A stretch of 64,000 bases of DNA, taken from assembly GCF_004010195.1 (NCBI RefSeq), contig NC_057751.1, positions 10,057,457 to 10,121,456 of the forward strand, read 5' to 3'. Made by a program: the position numbers and the translations under genes. A model generated the notes under the pieces. It did no database searches, was not told where the DNA came from, and saw nothing but the letters and a program-made list of their open reading frames with translations. Source of the stretch: Chiloscyllium plagiosum. Taxonomy: Eukaryota. Below, piece after piece: positions 11,996 to 25,711 of this stretch (position 1 is the first letter of the stretch; each line of letters starts with the position of its first letter).

Positions 11996-13602
11996 TATCT
12001 TGCATCTTGTATCTCTTGTTTCAATTACAGGTTTTATCTACTTCTTGATATCTACTTCTATGTTGAAGAGTGGGAAGTTGATGTTATTGCTATATACATC
12101 ATGCCTGCTCCATCACGAAAGGATTTCAATGGAACTGCTTCTCATTGATTATCAGTACACTACAAAGCCTACGCCAAACAAGTTTCCTTCAAATCTTTCC
12201 TGCACAACTCAGAGGATGTTTTGTGTAGTAGCTGTTCAATTTGTGCACACGGGTGTTGTATTATGATTGGACAAACAATTGCTGGATATGACAGATGTAC
12301 TGGGAAAAAGAGTTACATTTGGAAAGCAACATGTTACAAGCACAACATGACATGCAGCAATCCATTTGTACTCCATTTGGATAATTGATTCCCTGGATAG
12401 AAATTGTGCTCTCAGAGTCACATTGGAAGCAGCACAGGAGGGAATTATATTTCCAAAGTCACAATGGGTATCTTATAGGAAGGGGTAAAACTCCCAGAGT
12501 AACAGTGGACTCGAAATATGGTTCTAAAGAAACAAGTTGCACTGGATAGAGTTGTGTGGGGCCTAAGGGCACAAGTGGTGAAATCTCAATGAATTACTCC
12601 AACCTTTTACCCTTTTTGACTGTGCTAAAAACTGTTGGCTATAACACTATTTAACACACCTACATCTAGTTATGTTTCGTCAATATTAGTTTTGAATAAA
12701 TTCCTTAAGGTCATTAGCTATGATGAGATAACTGTAACCAGCTGTGAGAGACTATAATAACTATGCCAAGTCAAATTTGAACAAAACACTCACACACACT
12801 GGTGCTTAATGATATGCCTTACAGCATATAGCACAGAATTCAGGAAGTGGAAATTTGTAAGCCCCTGTCATGCTGTTGTACCTCATAGGGCAGACAAATT
12901 GCTGAAGCTAATTTGAGGACACTCCTACTGTATTCTCAGGAGACATATACTCCCTTTGAATATTCCTGTATTGATTGCAATGCAGAATAGTTTGACTTGA
13001 ACATGCAAATTGTGAAAATATAATCACCCAACCCCCAAACAAAGAAAGGAAGCCATTAAACATCTGTAAAGAGAACAAGAATAGCAGTCCCCGAATTCTT
13101 TGATGCCTGGGCAACACAAGTGAGTGAGCCTTCGCAAACATGGCTATGAGAGCAAACAACTCAGTTCCCAAATAATAGACTATGAACTGGATTGAAACTG
13201 CTTTATCAACAAGAGAAATCTGACCTGTGTACATGGCATGCATATCTTGTCTGGTAATTTGTTTATAATCATGGGAATTGTCAACCATTTACAGAAAAAA
13301 AATTGCTCAAGTTTCCTTCACTTTGCAGGCTAGGGCCTGCTCTTCAAACAGGAGTATGGACAAGAGGACAAAGAGAAGGAAAAGAAACCCAAAGAATGGG
13401 GAAAATTTCATAATTTGCTGATTAATGCATGGTGCGTGGGTTTGTGGCACTCTGTTTCACTGCACTACCTGTTTCCTACAAGTTTGTTAGCCCCCCTGCC
13501 ATATATACGAGGTTTGTCTCCTATTCTTTATATCACTGACATATCCTGTATTCCTGAGGTGTGATAATTAACTGTATATAAGTTAGTTCAACTTCAGATT
13601 AC

Positions 13603-13846
13603 CACTGCAACTCCCAGGTCATTTCCTCTGCCCTGAAGCTCTTACTCTATGCTACTCTCTCCCCACCCCCACCCTCCCCGAGCTTATCTCTCCATGCTTC
13701 AGGCTCTCTGCCTTTATTCCTGATGAAGGGCTTTTGCCCGAAATGTCGATTTTGCTGAAGCTCCTCGATGCTGCCTGAACTGCTGTGCTCTTCTAGCACC
13801 ATTGATCCAGAATCTGGTTTCCAGCATTTGCAGTCATTGTTTTTAC
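13603..13846 (+). mobile_element. PLE 3' terminal (pLTR) insertion
   Basis: Same family as the 54.8 kb and 55.3 kb elements; 11-bp TSD cttcagattac (13592-13602, 13847-13857). Confidence 0.85.
13720..13747 (+). ncRNA. Minimal type I hammerhead ribozyme core (PLE-associated)
   Basis: CTGATGA-a-GGGC-tttt-GCCC-GAAA-TGTC; core intact, stem III palindrome ACGT changed to ATGT (CpG decay). Confidence 0.75.
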
Positions 13847-16800
13847 CTTCAGATTACTGATGCTGTCCTGTACCTGTGCTACATTGCACTGGCTGTTTTG
13901 AGGCCTTCATATAGATTCCTCTATGTGCCCTTTAAACCTAACCCCCTGAGTTTGTTGAGAGGAAATGGCAAATATCATTCATGCCATTATGCAGTATGAG
14001 CTCCACAGAGAAAATGGGCAACAGAGGAATTTGATATTGTTGAGAATGTTGAGGGTAACAGTTTGTTCTCGCCTTATAACCTTTCTGAACTCCCAGCTCA
14101 CTGTTATCCTGCTCCCAGTAATGTGCAAGCTGCCGATAGTGTCACCATGTTCGTCTTGCTTTCCACGACACCCTTTTTCCTTTACTTGAAGCACCACCTT
14201 TGTCAGCCAGCTCGATCGCAGCAGACCCATGAGGAGAAGAAAGAACAGCAGATCACTGTTGAAGAACCTCTGTCACCTGATCTGTCACAGCTTGTAGTTC
14301 AGTTACTAGTGGTACTTGAACGTGCAGTGTAGAAATGGGATCTGTATGAGTGAACTGCAACCACATAGCAGATGTTCTTCACAATCACCTGACTGCAAGT
14401 TTGGTGCCTGACTCTTTAAATGGTGTTCATGTTGGGTCCCTTTGTCGCTGAACATACTCTTTGGTGAATGAGAGTGAATTCACAGAATGGGTCTGCATCA
14501 TTCAACTTGGAAGATAGTATGGATCAAATAGGTTTGGAACTGTGTAGACGACTGTAATGCTTTCATCAGTTCAACAACTTCCAAGCTACCCTGGAGATGG
14601 CTGCACCAATATGCTTCTCAAATGGGGCATTGCTATGCAATCAGCTGCAGGCTCACTGCATAGCAGCAGAAGGGTGTTCTGTAGTGTCTGTCATGTCATC
14701 TTCAGCAGTCTTATCGGATCTAATTTTGTGTCCAGATAGTATTCTGCATGAGATGTGAAATGACAGCTCCTTTCAATTGAATGTGAAAGATTTTGTGATA
14801 CAATTCAAGGAGGGTCAGGGGAATTTTTCCCTGTGTCAAAGCCAACATTCATCTCTCTTTACGAAAACAGATTAATTCATAACTTATTGTCCCTTTCTTT
14901 CATATGAGACAATACTGTTTCCAATGCTGAACTCCATACGGCAGCAACTGTAATTCATAAATTAATTATTATAAACAAGCTCGGATGACCTGAAGACCTG
15001 AAGGAAATTTTTCGAAGCCATATATTAGAGAGCAAGAACGTTCTGTTATTTCTGAATTATTCTTCTTGACATATTGATTTGTTGCCAGAGGACCTTGAAA
15101 GAGAGTTTACAACTAAAACATATCACTGCCAGTATTTTCAGTGAATTAGCTTATATTGAAGTTTGGCAGAATTTGAAGTTGGAAACAGCATTGGCCATAC
15201 TGCTGTATTGCAAGAAAGGCATTCAACTGAGCAGTGTTGATACTGGCACTGTACCAAGCTACATGTGTAAAGAAAACAAAAGAAATAAGATTGTTGAAAC
15301 TTTGAACAAATAGAATACTGTATATGTTGTTTGAAAGAATTGTGTCAGAGTTGCATACTGGCAACATTTGAGCTCAAATGCCAAGATGATGGCATTCCTG
15401 ATTGGCATTCAGTTTTATTTTGAGATTATTTTGAAGTTGTTCCTTACCTTTCTAAGGCTCCATATGGTGGAATCACTGATTACAGTATAGCGTGGAAAAT
15501 CTTTCAAAACCCTTGCAACAATTTACACAGAATGTTCTCGAGTTGGCAGTGATATGTTTTCAATGACAATGGGCTGCAATCACAAACAAACAGCAGACTT
15601 TGGAATGTTGCCTTTGAAGCAAGATAGTTTTGGCAATCTTGCTCCAAAGCAGATCACCAAATCCCATTACTTTTGAGGGCCTGAATTTTAATAGGCCCCC
15701 TCAACATTCCTGGAAGATAAGTTAGTTCCAAACTGACTGACTTTAAAGAAGGCTATCTTGCATTAATAACACACTCTGGGTGGCCAAAAAAGGCTGAAAT
15801 TCAAACTTCTGCACCTCAGCAAAATAACATTTTGTCCTTAATTTAATTTGCTGGTAGCTGTTGCAGTCAAAGCAGTACCAAAACACAGTCATGGGTGTTG
15901 ATGGAACTGACAGCAGTCTCATAAAGAAAGAAAGCAACGAATCCTGAACCCAGATATGTTCTGGGCATTTGGGATGGTGGTGGGACGAAGTTTGGTGTTG
16001 GGAGCAGGCCTTGCAGTTCAGATGGAAGCACAAACATCTTGAAAGGTGCTTCTCTTGTTCCGAGCATACCCTGAAATTATGTAGCTCCTTCTTTTCTGCC
16101 TTTTCACCAAACTTGTTCAAATCAAAGGCCTTCACAATCTCACCGACCTTCCGCTCACCAGTGTACATATTTTTAATCAACTTGTTCAGAGATGTTATGA
16201 TAAACTTCCAGAACAAATGGGATTTAAACCCAGATCTTGTAGCTTACAAGTAGAGTCATGACCACTGCACCATGTGAGCCCATTCCTCACTGTGTTATGA
16301 AACTGGAAGTGGCCTGAGGGCTTGAATTGAGCAATAATCAGCCACTTATGGGCCCAGTAGGCATAAAGAGCAGTGGATAATGGGTGCCTTACCCACACCC
16401 TCAACCCCATATTAAGTGGCTGGGTTGAAGGCAGATTGGAAGTTAATGGACTGGCCAATGAACATATTTTATGTCTCTTCTTGCTGAAAACACACTGATT
16501 GAGAGATTGTAAATTTCAGCTCCAGAGTATAGTCATAGAATCATGAGTCATAGAGATGTACAGCATGGAAACAGACCTTTGGTCCAACATGTCCATGCCA
16601 ACCAGATAACCCAACCCAATCTATAGTCATTTTAATTAACCTATTTCAGACATACTGTGTCACACCTCCAGCTCAGGTGGATTTGAACTGGATCTTCTTT
16701 GCAGAAGCACATTCTGGCAGCTCCCAAGTGTGTGAATATAGTGTTCTCAAATCTCATTCTGCACAACATAAGTGATTCTGGAAATTACATTCCAAATTCT

Positions 16801-17559
16801 CCAGATTTGATTCTGAGACCATTTCTCAAAAATATCAGGAATCAAATGGATGGAGATTGTATTGCCACAATCTAGCTGTTAAAGAAGCCAAGGGAAGTTG
16901 GAATGAAGTGCACATTAGCTCAGACAAGACAAGTCTGTTTGGACAGGGATTTGAATGGCTTTATACAGATCTAATAGAGGATACATTGCATTAGTTCAAA
17001 ACATATGGATCAATTCCACAATTTCCACCACTTATTACAATTTGATAAATCTATAGCAGTGTGAGTTCTATGTAGCTGAGACAGTAATCTTGGAAATGTT
17101 GTGAAGGAGAAAAATGTCTGTGTGTTTCAGTATATATCTCTTAGCACAGGCTTTGCAGCAAGTCAGCAGTGTATTTTGATATCAATTAGTGCAATAGATC
17201 ATGTCTGAACATTTTTAGGCAACTTATTACATACCTGGAGCAGAGGGCTACATGTATGAAGAAGTTCTTTCATCAGCCTAGTGTTAGAATTTGTTAACAT
17301 GGAATTTCCTGCACAGCATGCCCAGACTGAGAGAGTAAATCTGAAGCACGCAGCGGCAGATATGGGCAAGAAGTAATGGAGACAAACACACCAGAGAAGA
17401 ACAAGTTGAAGGAGAGAATGAAGAAAAATGAAAGCAAGGAGATGAGCAAAAGCAGCAAATTACTTCGCTGTTCAGCTATTTGTTGCCATCATATGAATCC
17501 TGATATTTCTTACCTTTTCACTGACAGTACCAAGGCAATGGAGTACATATTAAGTGTTA

Positions 17560-18420
17560 GGGAGTGCACAGAATTAGAGGGACTGAGGTATGCATGTCCA
17601 TAGATTCTTGAAAGTAGAAGGATAGGTTAAGAAGGCATATGGGAATTTGCCTTTATTCATCAAGACATTGAGTATAATAGCAAGAAGGTAATAATACATA
17701 AAAACTGAAAGAACTGCAGTTGCTGTAAATCAGAAACAAAAACATAAATTGCTAGAAAAGCTCAGCAGGTCTGGCAGCATCTGTGGAGAGAAATCAGAGT
17801 TTATGTTTTAGATCGAGTGACCCTTCCCTGCCAGATGAGTTAAACTTTACCAGCAATTTCTATTTTTGAAGGTTATGATGTATGTATAATTATAGATAGG
17901 ACAAAGCTGAACTACTGTGGGCAGTTCTGGTTACCACACTAATGGAAGGATGTAATTGCATGTGAGAAGATGCAGAGTGGATTCAAGAGAGACTAGGAAC
18001 TGTTTTTCTTCGAGCAGACAGGGCTGAGGAGCATTTGATTGAGGTGTTCAAAGTTCTGGGGGTGTCGACTAGATAGACAGGGGCCACTTCTCCCCTCAGT
18101 AGAGAGGTCAGTTACCAGGCCCACAATCTTAAAGGAAGCAACAGGAGGTTTAGAGGGGATTTGAATAAAATTGCTTCTCACCCAGAAGGTGGTGGGTATC
18201 CAGAAATCAAAGCCTAAAAGGGTGACAGAGGCTGGAATCCTCAAGAGATTTAAGAAATATTTAAGGCGAACACTTGAAATGCCATGGCATATGAGGCTAT
18301 GGGACATATGCTGGAAATTGGGGTGAGTGTAGATAAATGTTTGATGACCCAATGGGCCGAAGGGTCTCTTTCCTTGTTGTGGAAACTCTGTGATCTCTCT
18401 GACTGTATGACTAATGTCAT
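17560..18420 (+). mobile_element. Highly decayed CR1 3' portion with a PLE tail inserted at ~17700-17870
   Basis: gttaagaaggcatatggg, gcagttctggttaccacac, gggccgaagggtctctt tail. Confidence 0.65.
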
Positions 18421-20219
18421 TATGATAGTTTTTTTCCACAACAAGAAACTACTTTATTTTCACATTCTTCCAGCTTGATTGGAATTGTCCTGTATTTTCC
18501 AATATTGTAACCATTAATGATAACTTGTAAGTTTTCAGTGAGTGGAGACGAGTTTGCTTTTTCTCACCACTGTTGCAAATCTTTTCTCACAGTGCTCAGT
18601 GCTGACAGGCTGATGGGACAGGTCATACTAATGTGGCATCCTCTCATGCACCACACGCTGTATGGGAGGATGTTGTGTGGTCTCTGAATTCCATTTACTC
18701 AGTACTAACCATTTTGGAAGGAATTTATGAGTGTGGAATTAGCTGAATCAGTGTGGCTTCTGAAATTTCTGTGGAAACTTGGCTGATCCCTTTCCCTTCC
18801 GGGATGCTGCATAAATTAATAAATGGAAAAGCAGCCAGAATGAACAATGGTTTAGTGGGGACTGGTTTGAGTCGTTACCTGGATGATGATTTAGATGATG
18901 AGCTACCATTTTTGGTCTGTCCATTCCTCTCTTCACCAGGTCATGTCCTAACTTAAGCCTCAGAACTAAGATTCTTGAGTCTTGACAAGCAAAGAACCTC
19001 TCTGATTCATGGGGTACTACCATAGAGCCAATGGTCATTCAGCTTGGACAAGTTTCTTGCTGGATGTCAACCCAGGAATTAGGGACTGTGATGTCAAACA
19101 CCATTAGTTTATGTTGATTGACTCGACTGAAATGTACCAAAATGTACTTAATTAACTGAATTCACAAGTTAATTCCACTGTAACTGGATTTTCTATGAAT
19201 TTTTACACCGATTTTTAATATCCCCGTTTTGATGATTTCATGTCTTTTACATGCATATTTTGTATGGTAGTTGCAAGGTATGTGGAACTGGAGGAAAGAA
19301 TGACTCAAATCTACATGATCAAGCTGTGCATAATAATTTTTTTTATTTCAGGCTATTAACTCTGAAACCATTGAAGGTTGGTGATGTTTGTTTCTTTTTA
19401 GTGGATGAGTAAAATGCTCAGGAAAATTTGTTTTCAGATTATTGGAAGAAAGCTCCTGTTTCTGGACAAAATAAAAGTTATATTTGTGATCAGATAGGGA
19501 GAGGAGTCATACAGGGAATGAAAGAGCCAGTAAGGAGAGCTCAAGGAGAGATGGGAAGGGAGTGGGTCAGTGGCAGCAAATAGGACAAGCTGCAGGCACT
19601 CAACATTGTTACATTACACAGGTGCATACCCATACTGGCACCAGCAAAGCAATGTGAACCATATTGTGTTTCCAGCATCTTTGAATCAGGAATGACATTA
19701 TTAAAACCATTCATGCTGATATCAGGCACCTTCAACAAAACTGACCATATCCACGGATTGAATTCATCAGCTTGGAAAGTGTCTGCTAATTTGCAGCCCT
19801 TTGAGGAAACTTAAAATTGTTTTCTATTAGCTGCAGTGGCGGTATTAGGCATCTTTTGAGTTATTAGAAAACATTTAATTTACTGATAAATTTACTTATA
19901 TACACCAATTAAACAAGTCAATTGCTCTGTTTACTTTCGTTGGAATCATTTTGAATTATTTAAAGTTAACAGGAAGAGAGGGTTGAATTTTTAAAAAATG
20001 TTTAAATAATATAAACATAATATTAGCTGGTAAAAATTACAAGATTACCATTTTTTAATACAATTTATTGTCACAGGTGGTAATGAATATCTCGGTTCTA
20101 AAATATTGTCTGATTGAAGTGATATGCATGTGCAATGAAACCAAGTTTGGAGCCGACTATTTTGAAGGCTCACTGCACGGACCCACAAGGCCTCCTTGTT
20201 CTAGTTTGATAGAGGAAAA

Positions 20220-20370
20220 TAAAACTAAAAGAACTGCCATTGCTGGAAACCAGAAACAAAAACAGAAATTGGTGGAAAAGCTCAGCAGGTCTTGCAGCTT
20301 CTGTGGAGAGAAATTCGTTAACATTTTGGGTCCAATAACCCTTCCTCAGAACAGAATCACTTTCTGTTTT
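20220..20370 (-). mobile_element. PLE tail fragment with degenerate hammerhead
   Basis: Minus strand reads gtt-CTGAGGA-agggttattggaccc-AAAA-TGTT-aac. Confidence 0.6.
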
Positions 20371-20455
20371 TGGTCATATCGTATTGAACAATAAGTAAGT
20401 TTACAGCTAGTTACAGTTTACAGTGATACGATCAATTCTAAAATAAAATCTGTGA

Positions 20456-22134
20456 TTGCAATCTTTGAGAAGATTTCTAGCTCAGGTTGAGGTTCTGGTT
20501 GCAAGTTTGCTCGCTGAGCTGGAAGGTTTGTTTTCAGACGGTTCGTCACCATGCTAGGTTACATCATCAGTGAGCCTCTGGTTGGGCGCTAGTATTATGT
20601 CTTGCTTTCTATTTAGGTGTCTCGGTTTCTTCAGGTGGGTGATATCATTTCCAGTTCTTTTTCTCAGAGGATGGCAGATGGAGTCCAAATTGATGTGTTT
20701 ATTGATGGCGTTCTGGTTAGAATGCCAGGCCTCGAGAAATTCCCATGCATGTCTCTGTTTAGCTTATCCTACGATGGATATGTTGTCCCATTCAAAGTGG
20801 TGACCTTCATCTGTAAGTAATGATACTAGTGATAGTGGGCTATGTCTTTTGGTGGCTCCTGGATGTTCATGTGTTCTGGTGGCTAGTTTTCTGCCTGTTT
20901 GTCTGATGTAGTGTTTGTTACAGTCCTTGCACGGTATTTTGTAAATGGTATTTGTTTTGCTGGATGTTTGTATAGGGTCCTTGAGGTTCATTAGCCACTG
21001 TTTAATGTGTTTGTAGGTTTGTGAGCTACCATGATGCCAAGGGGGTCTGAGTAGTTTGGGAGTCATTTCAGAGATGTCTTTGATGTAAGGTAATGTGGCG
21101 AGTGTTTCTGGGTGCATTATGTCTGGTTGTTTGGGTTTGTTGTTGAGAAATTGGCAGACTGTGTTTATTGGGTACCCATTCTTCCTGGATACGTTGTATA
21201 GGTATTTTTCTTCTGCCGCTCATAGTTCCTGGGTGCTCCAATGTGTTGTGGCTCATTGAAGTAATGTCCTGATGCAGCTGTGTTTGTGGGTATTGGGATG
21301 CTTGCTTCTGTAGTTAAGTATTTGGTCTGGGTGTGTTGTTTTCCTATTGTCACTGGTTTGCAGTTCTCCATAAACTGTTTCTTCTACTGTGGCATCGAGG
21401 AATTGGAGTCTGTTGTCGTTCTCCTCTTTTGTGAATTTTATGCCAGTAAGGAAGAACAGGTACCCAAAAGATCAGTCTGCCGATTTCTCAACAACAAACC
21501 CAAATAAGCAGACACAATGTGCCCAGAAATCCTAGCCACATTACCTTACATCAAAGACATCTCTGAAATGACTTCCAAACTACTCAGATCTCTTGGTATC
21601 ATGATAGCCACAAACCTACCAACAAATTTAAACAGCGGCTAATGAACCTAAAGGACCCTTTACAAACAACCAGCAAAACGAATGTCATTTACAAAATACC
21701 CTGAAAGGACTGTAACAAACATTACATTGGACAAACAGGCAGAAAACTAGCCACCAGGATACTTGAACATCAACTAGCCATCAAGAACATGACCCACTAT
21801 TACATACAGATGAAGAAGGACACCACTTTGACTGGGACACCACATCCATTGTAGGATAAGCTAAACAGATATATGCAAGGGAATTCCTAGAGATGTGGCA
21901 TTCTAACCGGATTTCCATCAATAAACACTTCAATTTGGACCCCATCTACCATCCACTGAGAAAAAGAACCAAAAATGATATCACCCCGCCCCCCCCCCGA
22001 AGAAAACAAGACATCTAAATAGAAAGAGGGACCTAATACCAGTGCTTCACTGGAGGCTCACTGATGATGTTACCTAGTATGGTGACGAACTGTCTGAAAA
22101 CAAACCTTCCAGCTCAGCAGGCAAACTTATAACC
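20456..22134. mobile_element. Penelope-like element with GIY-YIG endonuclease in inverted arrangement (minus arm 20456-21447, plus arm 21448-22134)
   Basis: LPYIKDISE..IYKIPCKDCNKHYI(G/R)QTGRKLATR.HEH on both arms; TSD ataa(a/t)atctgtga at 20443-20455 and 22135-22147. Confidence 0.9.
22061..22094 (+). ncRNA. Hammerhead-like core of a second PLE family (mirror copy at 20537-20570, minus strand)
   Basis: tca-CTGATGA-t-GTTACC-tagtat-GGTGAC-GAAC-TGTC-tga; A15.1 is C in both copies, so probably inactive. Confidence 0.6.
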
Positions 22135-25100
22135 ATAATATCTGTGAGGAGGACCTAGACATTATAAGTTAGTTAGGTCTGGCAGAATTGTTTGAAACCA
22201 CATTGAGCTCAGGAATGGGTGATGCGTATTAGTCAATTCGGTGACACTTGAGAGAACATTAGCTATTATTGGAATATTATTTCTAGTTATTTGGAATATG
22301 GCTCTTGTGGTAACGTGATGGTGTGAAAACTCTTTACAGTTTGATGGTTTGAGTTCAAATCCCACCTATCCCAACATGTATTGTTACATGTTTGAACAAT
22401 TGCTTTAAAAAACATGTAAACCATTATGTTGGTTGTCCGTAAGTTTGTAACTGTGACCAGTGCTGGACTATATCTCAACAAGAGCAATATTAACATTGGA
22501 TGCTTAGCCTTACTTCTCCGAGATCTAAAACCGTTGTCCTCCAAAGAACATATGACATCAACATTAGAGGTCATGTTGAAAACACTTTTCAGAATTAATC
22601 CTTTCAGACACGTTCCATCTTTATACAATTGGTGTGTGGAGGAGCTTATAGTTAACTTTGAGTGATAATTTGCAGACAGATTGTTTATTCCGGTTTTAAG
22701 TGGAGTTGAAACCCTTTACTTTGTGACTCCTGTGGTAATGCTGCCATTATGAAAGGCCTGAGAATAGCCTGACGTTTGGAACCTGGGTAGACATTCAGCT
22801 CAGACTTAGGGATGAAACTTGCCTGTGTTTGCTAGATTTAACACTGGTGCAAATCTAGATTGCAGTTCCAAAACAAGTCTTGAGTAGACTTATTCATTGT
22901 AAAGAGCATGAGAATTTGTTCACAATTATTCCATGATACTACTATTGTCATTCGTGATTATGTGATGAAGATTGTGTAACTTTGGTGATTTTTACTAAAT
23001 CTTGTTTGAATGGACAAACAGATGCTCTTGTTTTCTCAATAATTCTCATATGGTTGATTGACAGAAATCAAATATGTTTTGTTTATTTTGGAAAATAAAA
23101 TTAGCATGAATAACTTGACATTCCAGATGGTAAAGTGACACACATTTTCCATAAAATAGCACCTGACAATGTTGTGCTTAATCTCATGCCTTCCAGAAGT
23201 TTTAAAAATCATAAACCAATTAAAAACAACTTCGACTTTTATTTTTGTGTGAGGAATATTACCAGAAGGTAATAAATTTCAACAAACCAGCCATTGCTAT
23301 TGATTCTGCAGTGAACTCCAGTTTGTGGAATTCCATTCAGAGCCAAGAATCTGAGTGCTGAGTAAAACTGAAGGCATTCAGACAGCCAGAGGGAGGGGAT
23401 AATAATAAGAATGATCAGACTGCAAGATCAAGTTTTGAAAAGACCAGAGCTTTTCGGCTGTATTGAAACTGCTCTTTTGAATTCATTGGGTAGTTTAATT
23501 TTATCAAATGCAAATGAAAATGAATTCTCTTTAAAACTTGCGGAAAATTGTGGTTTTAATACATTTTCACCTTTTCCATGTCAGTTGACCAGGGATAATA
23601 CCTTGTCCCTTTTCACAGGTCAAAATGGCAGTTTATTTTGACAAGCAAAATTGAACCTTGCCATTCTTCACTGACATGCAGACCAGGTGTTGAAGGGATT
23701 CTCTTCCTCACTGGTTGCTAGTGAAATAGGATTCAGATTTCTCTTCTATTGATATAGACACAAATTCCTCTGTGCCAGAAAGGGTGTATCAAGCCAAATT
23801 CTGTTGCAGAACCTGTGGAACTTCACAGCCCTCTCACTTCTGAACAGAATTTGATAGATGAATTGTCATTTGGTAAGCGACCCTTCATTGACTTCTGACT
23901 TGCAAAATCTCTGGGGAAAAGAAATGATCAGATCTTTTTTCTGGACATGAATCATTATGCTGAACAGATTCTTGGAAACTTGAGGAAGTTCATCACAAAA
24001 TACCATCCAAACTTCTTTACATGGAATATGTCGGCAGAGAAAGCTGTGGGAACTATTGAAAAATGTCCAATTTTCAGAAATTCACGAAGTGCCACCTGCA
24101 AATGAACATAATTTCAACAGGTGGCCTGATTTTGTGCATGGTTAGTACAATGCATGAATATCTTAGACATCTCAAGGCAGCCTCACCTCTACTTAAAGGG
24201 GAACTGCTGCAAATCCCTCTCAAAGACTTGGCTGGAAGGTAAGACACAGGACTTGAAGGAACGGGCAAGACAGAAGGATCCCAGGTTTTCTGATATGGCC
24301 ATTGGTGATAGAGGTGGAAAGAAGGACAGATGACCTCAGTAGGAACAGTATTAGGGGACAGTGCAGTGGAATCATGACAGTGTAAGAGATGCATTGAGCA
24401 ACAACTGGCATCCATAATACTCAGCTGTTAAATTCAGTTGTGAGTCAAAGAATGCTTTGTTGTAAATAGGCTCACTATATCATACTGCTCAAAGTATTTA
24501 CATGAAGGTAATTCTCACTGAATGTTGTGACTTTTAGGGCACTTTTGTCTCATTCAGTTGTCATTGTGCTTTTTTTGATCTTTTGAACGCTAAATCCAGA
24601 TTGCCAATGATGATGCAAAACTGACATCAAAAATTATATTTTTGTTCCAAAGAAGACTCACATTCAAAGTATTAACTGTTGCTCTCTGCTCAAATATTGC
24701 CAGTGAAATAACTCCACAGTGGTCCATCATCAAGGCACATTTAATTTATTTGTGGAGAGTCCTTGACATTGATCCAACTTCCTCAGAGCCAGCTCTCAGA
24801 GTGAAAAGAACCCCTGAAACTCCTGTTGTATCCGTTAGCCAGGACCAGATTAACAGCATCGATCAGGGAACTCAGATTCCATGAGGTCAACCTGCCTGAC
24901 CTCATTACAATCGCTACAGCCACGCCTGCTGAGTTTCTCCAGCACTTTCTGTTTTTATTTCGAGTCTCCAGCATCTGCAGTACTTTGCATTTATAAGTTT
25001 ATATTCCTGGAGGTTTGCAGTAATGAGCTAGAGACGTGAGTTTCAGAAATTTAAATTCAATTAATGAATTAACCTGAAATAAAATTAAACTGTCATCGCA

Positions 25101-25374
25101 TAAAACTCCATCTGATTCTGAACTTTCTTCAGGAAAGAAAATCTGCTCACCTAATCCAGTTTGGCCTGTATGTAACTCCAGGACAGCACTATGATTGACT
25201 TTCAACTGTTCTGTGAAACAGATGAGCAAGCCAATGAGTTAAAAATTATTGGGATGTACAATAAACAGTGACCTTGCCAGTGGTGCCACATTTCAACAAT
25301 GGACTTCCTCTGAATGGTGTGACTCTAATTTTAATGTGAAGTCTTCTTCTCCAAAACTCTCCCACCAACAAAGA

Positions 25375-25705
25375 AAATTACAACACAGAATCAGGCCCTT
25401 TGGCCCTTCAAGCTTGCGCTGATTCAGATCCTCTATTTAAACCTGTCATCTATTTTCTAAGGGTCTGTATCTCTCTGCTCCCTGCCCGTTCATGTATCTG
25501 TCTAGATACATCTTAACTGACACTATCATACCCACCTCTACTGGCAACGCATTCTGACACCCACCACACTCTGCATAAAGAACTTTCCATGCATATCTCT
25601 CCAAAACTGTTCCCCGCCTACTTTGAACTCGTGATCCCAGTAACTGAGTCCTCCACTCTGGGAAAAAGCTTCTTGTTATCCACCCTGTCTATACCTGTCA
25701 TGATT
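25375..25705 (-). mobile_element. CR1 3' end fragment
   Basis: CR1 3'UTR plus gaatgcgttgccag and dataqmtgidrvdnkklfp-like coding text (IMTGIDRVDNKKLFP). Confidence 0.7.
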
Positions 25706-25711
25706 TTGTTG

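Noticed and set aside
17219..17603. Charged ORF METNTPEKNKLKERMKK as an exon
   Set aside because: Upstream in-frame stop, no consistent splice sites, and it runs into a CR1 relic
19352..19530. Two small exon candidates (AINSETIE; YWKKAPVSGQ..)
   Set aside because: They would need a 61-nt intron and have no other support
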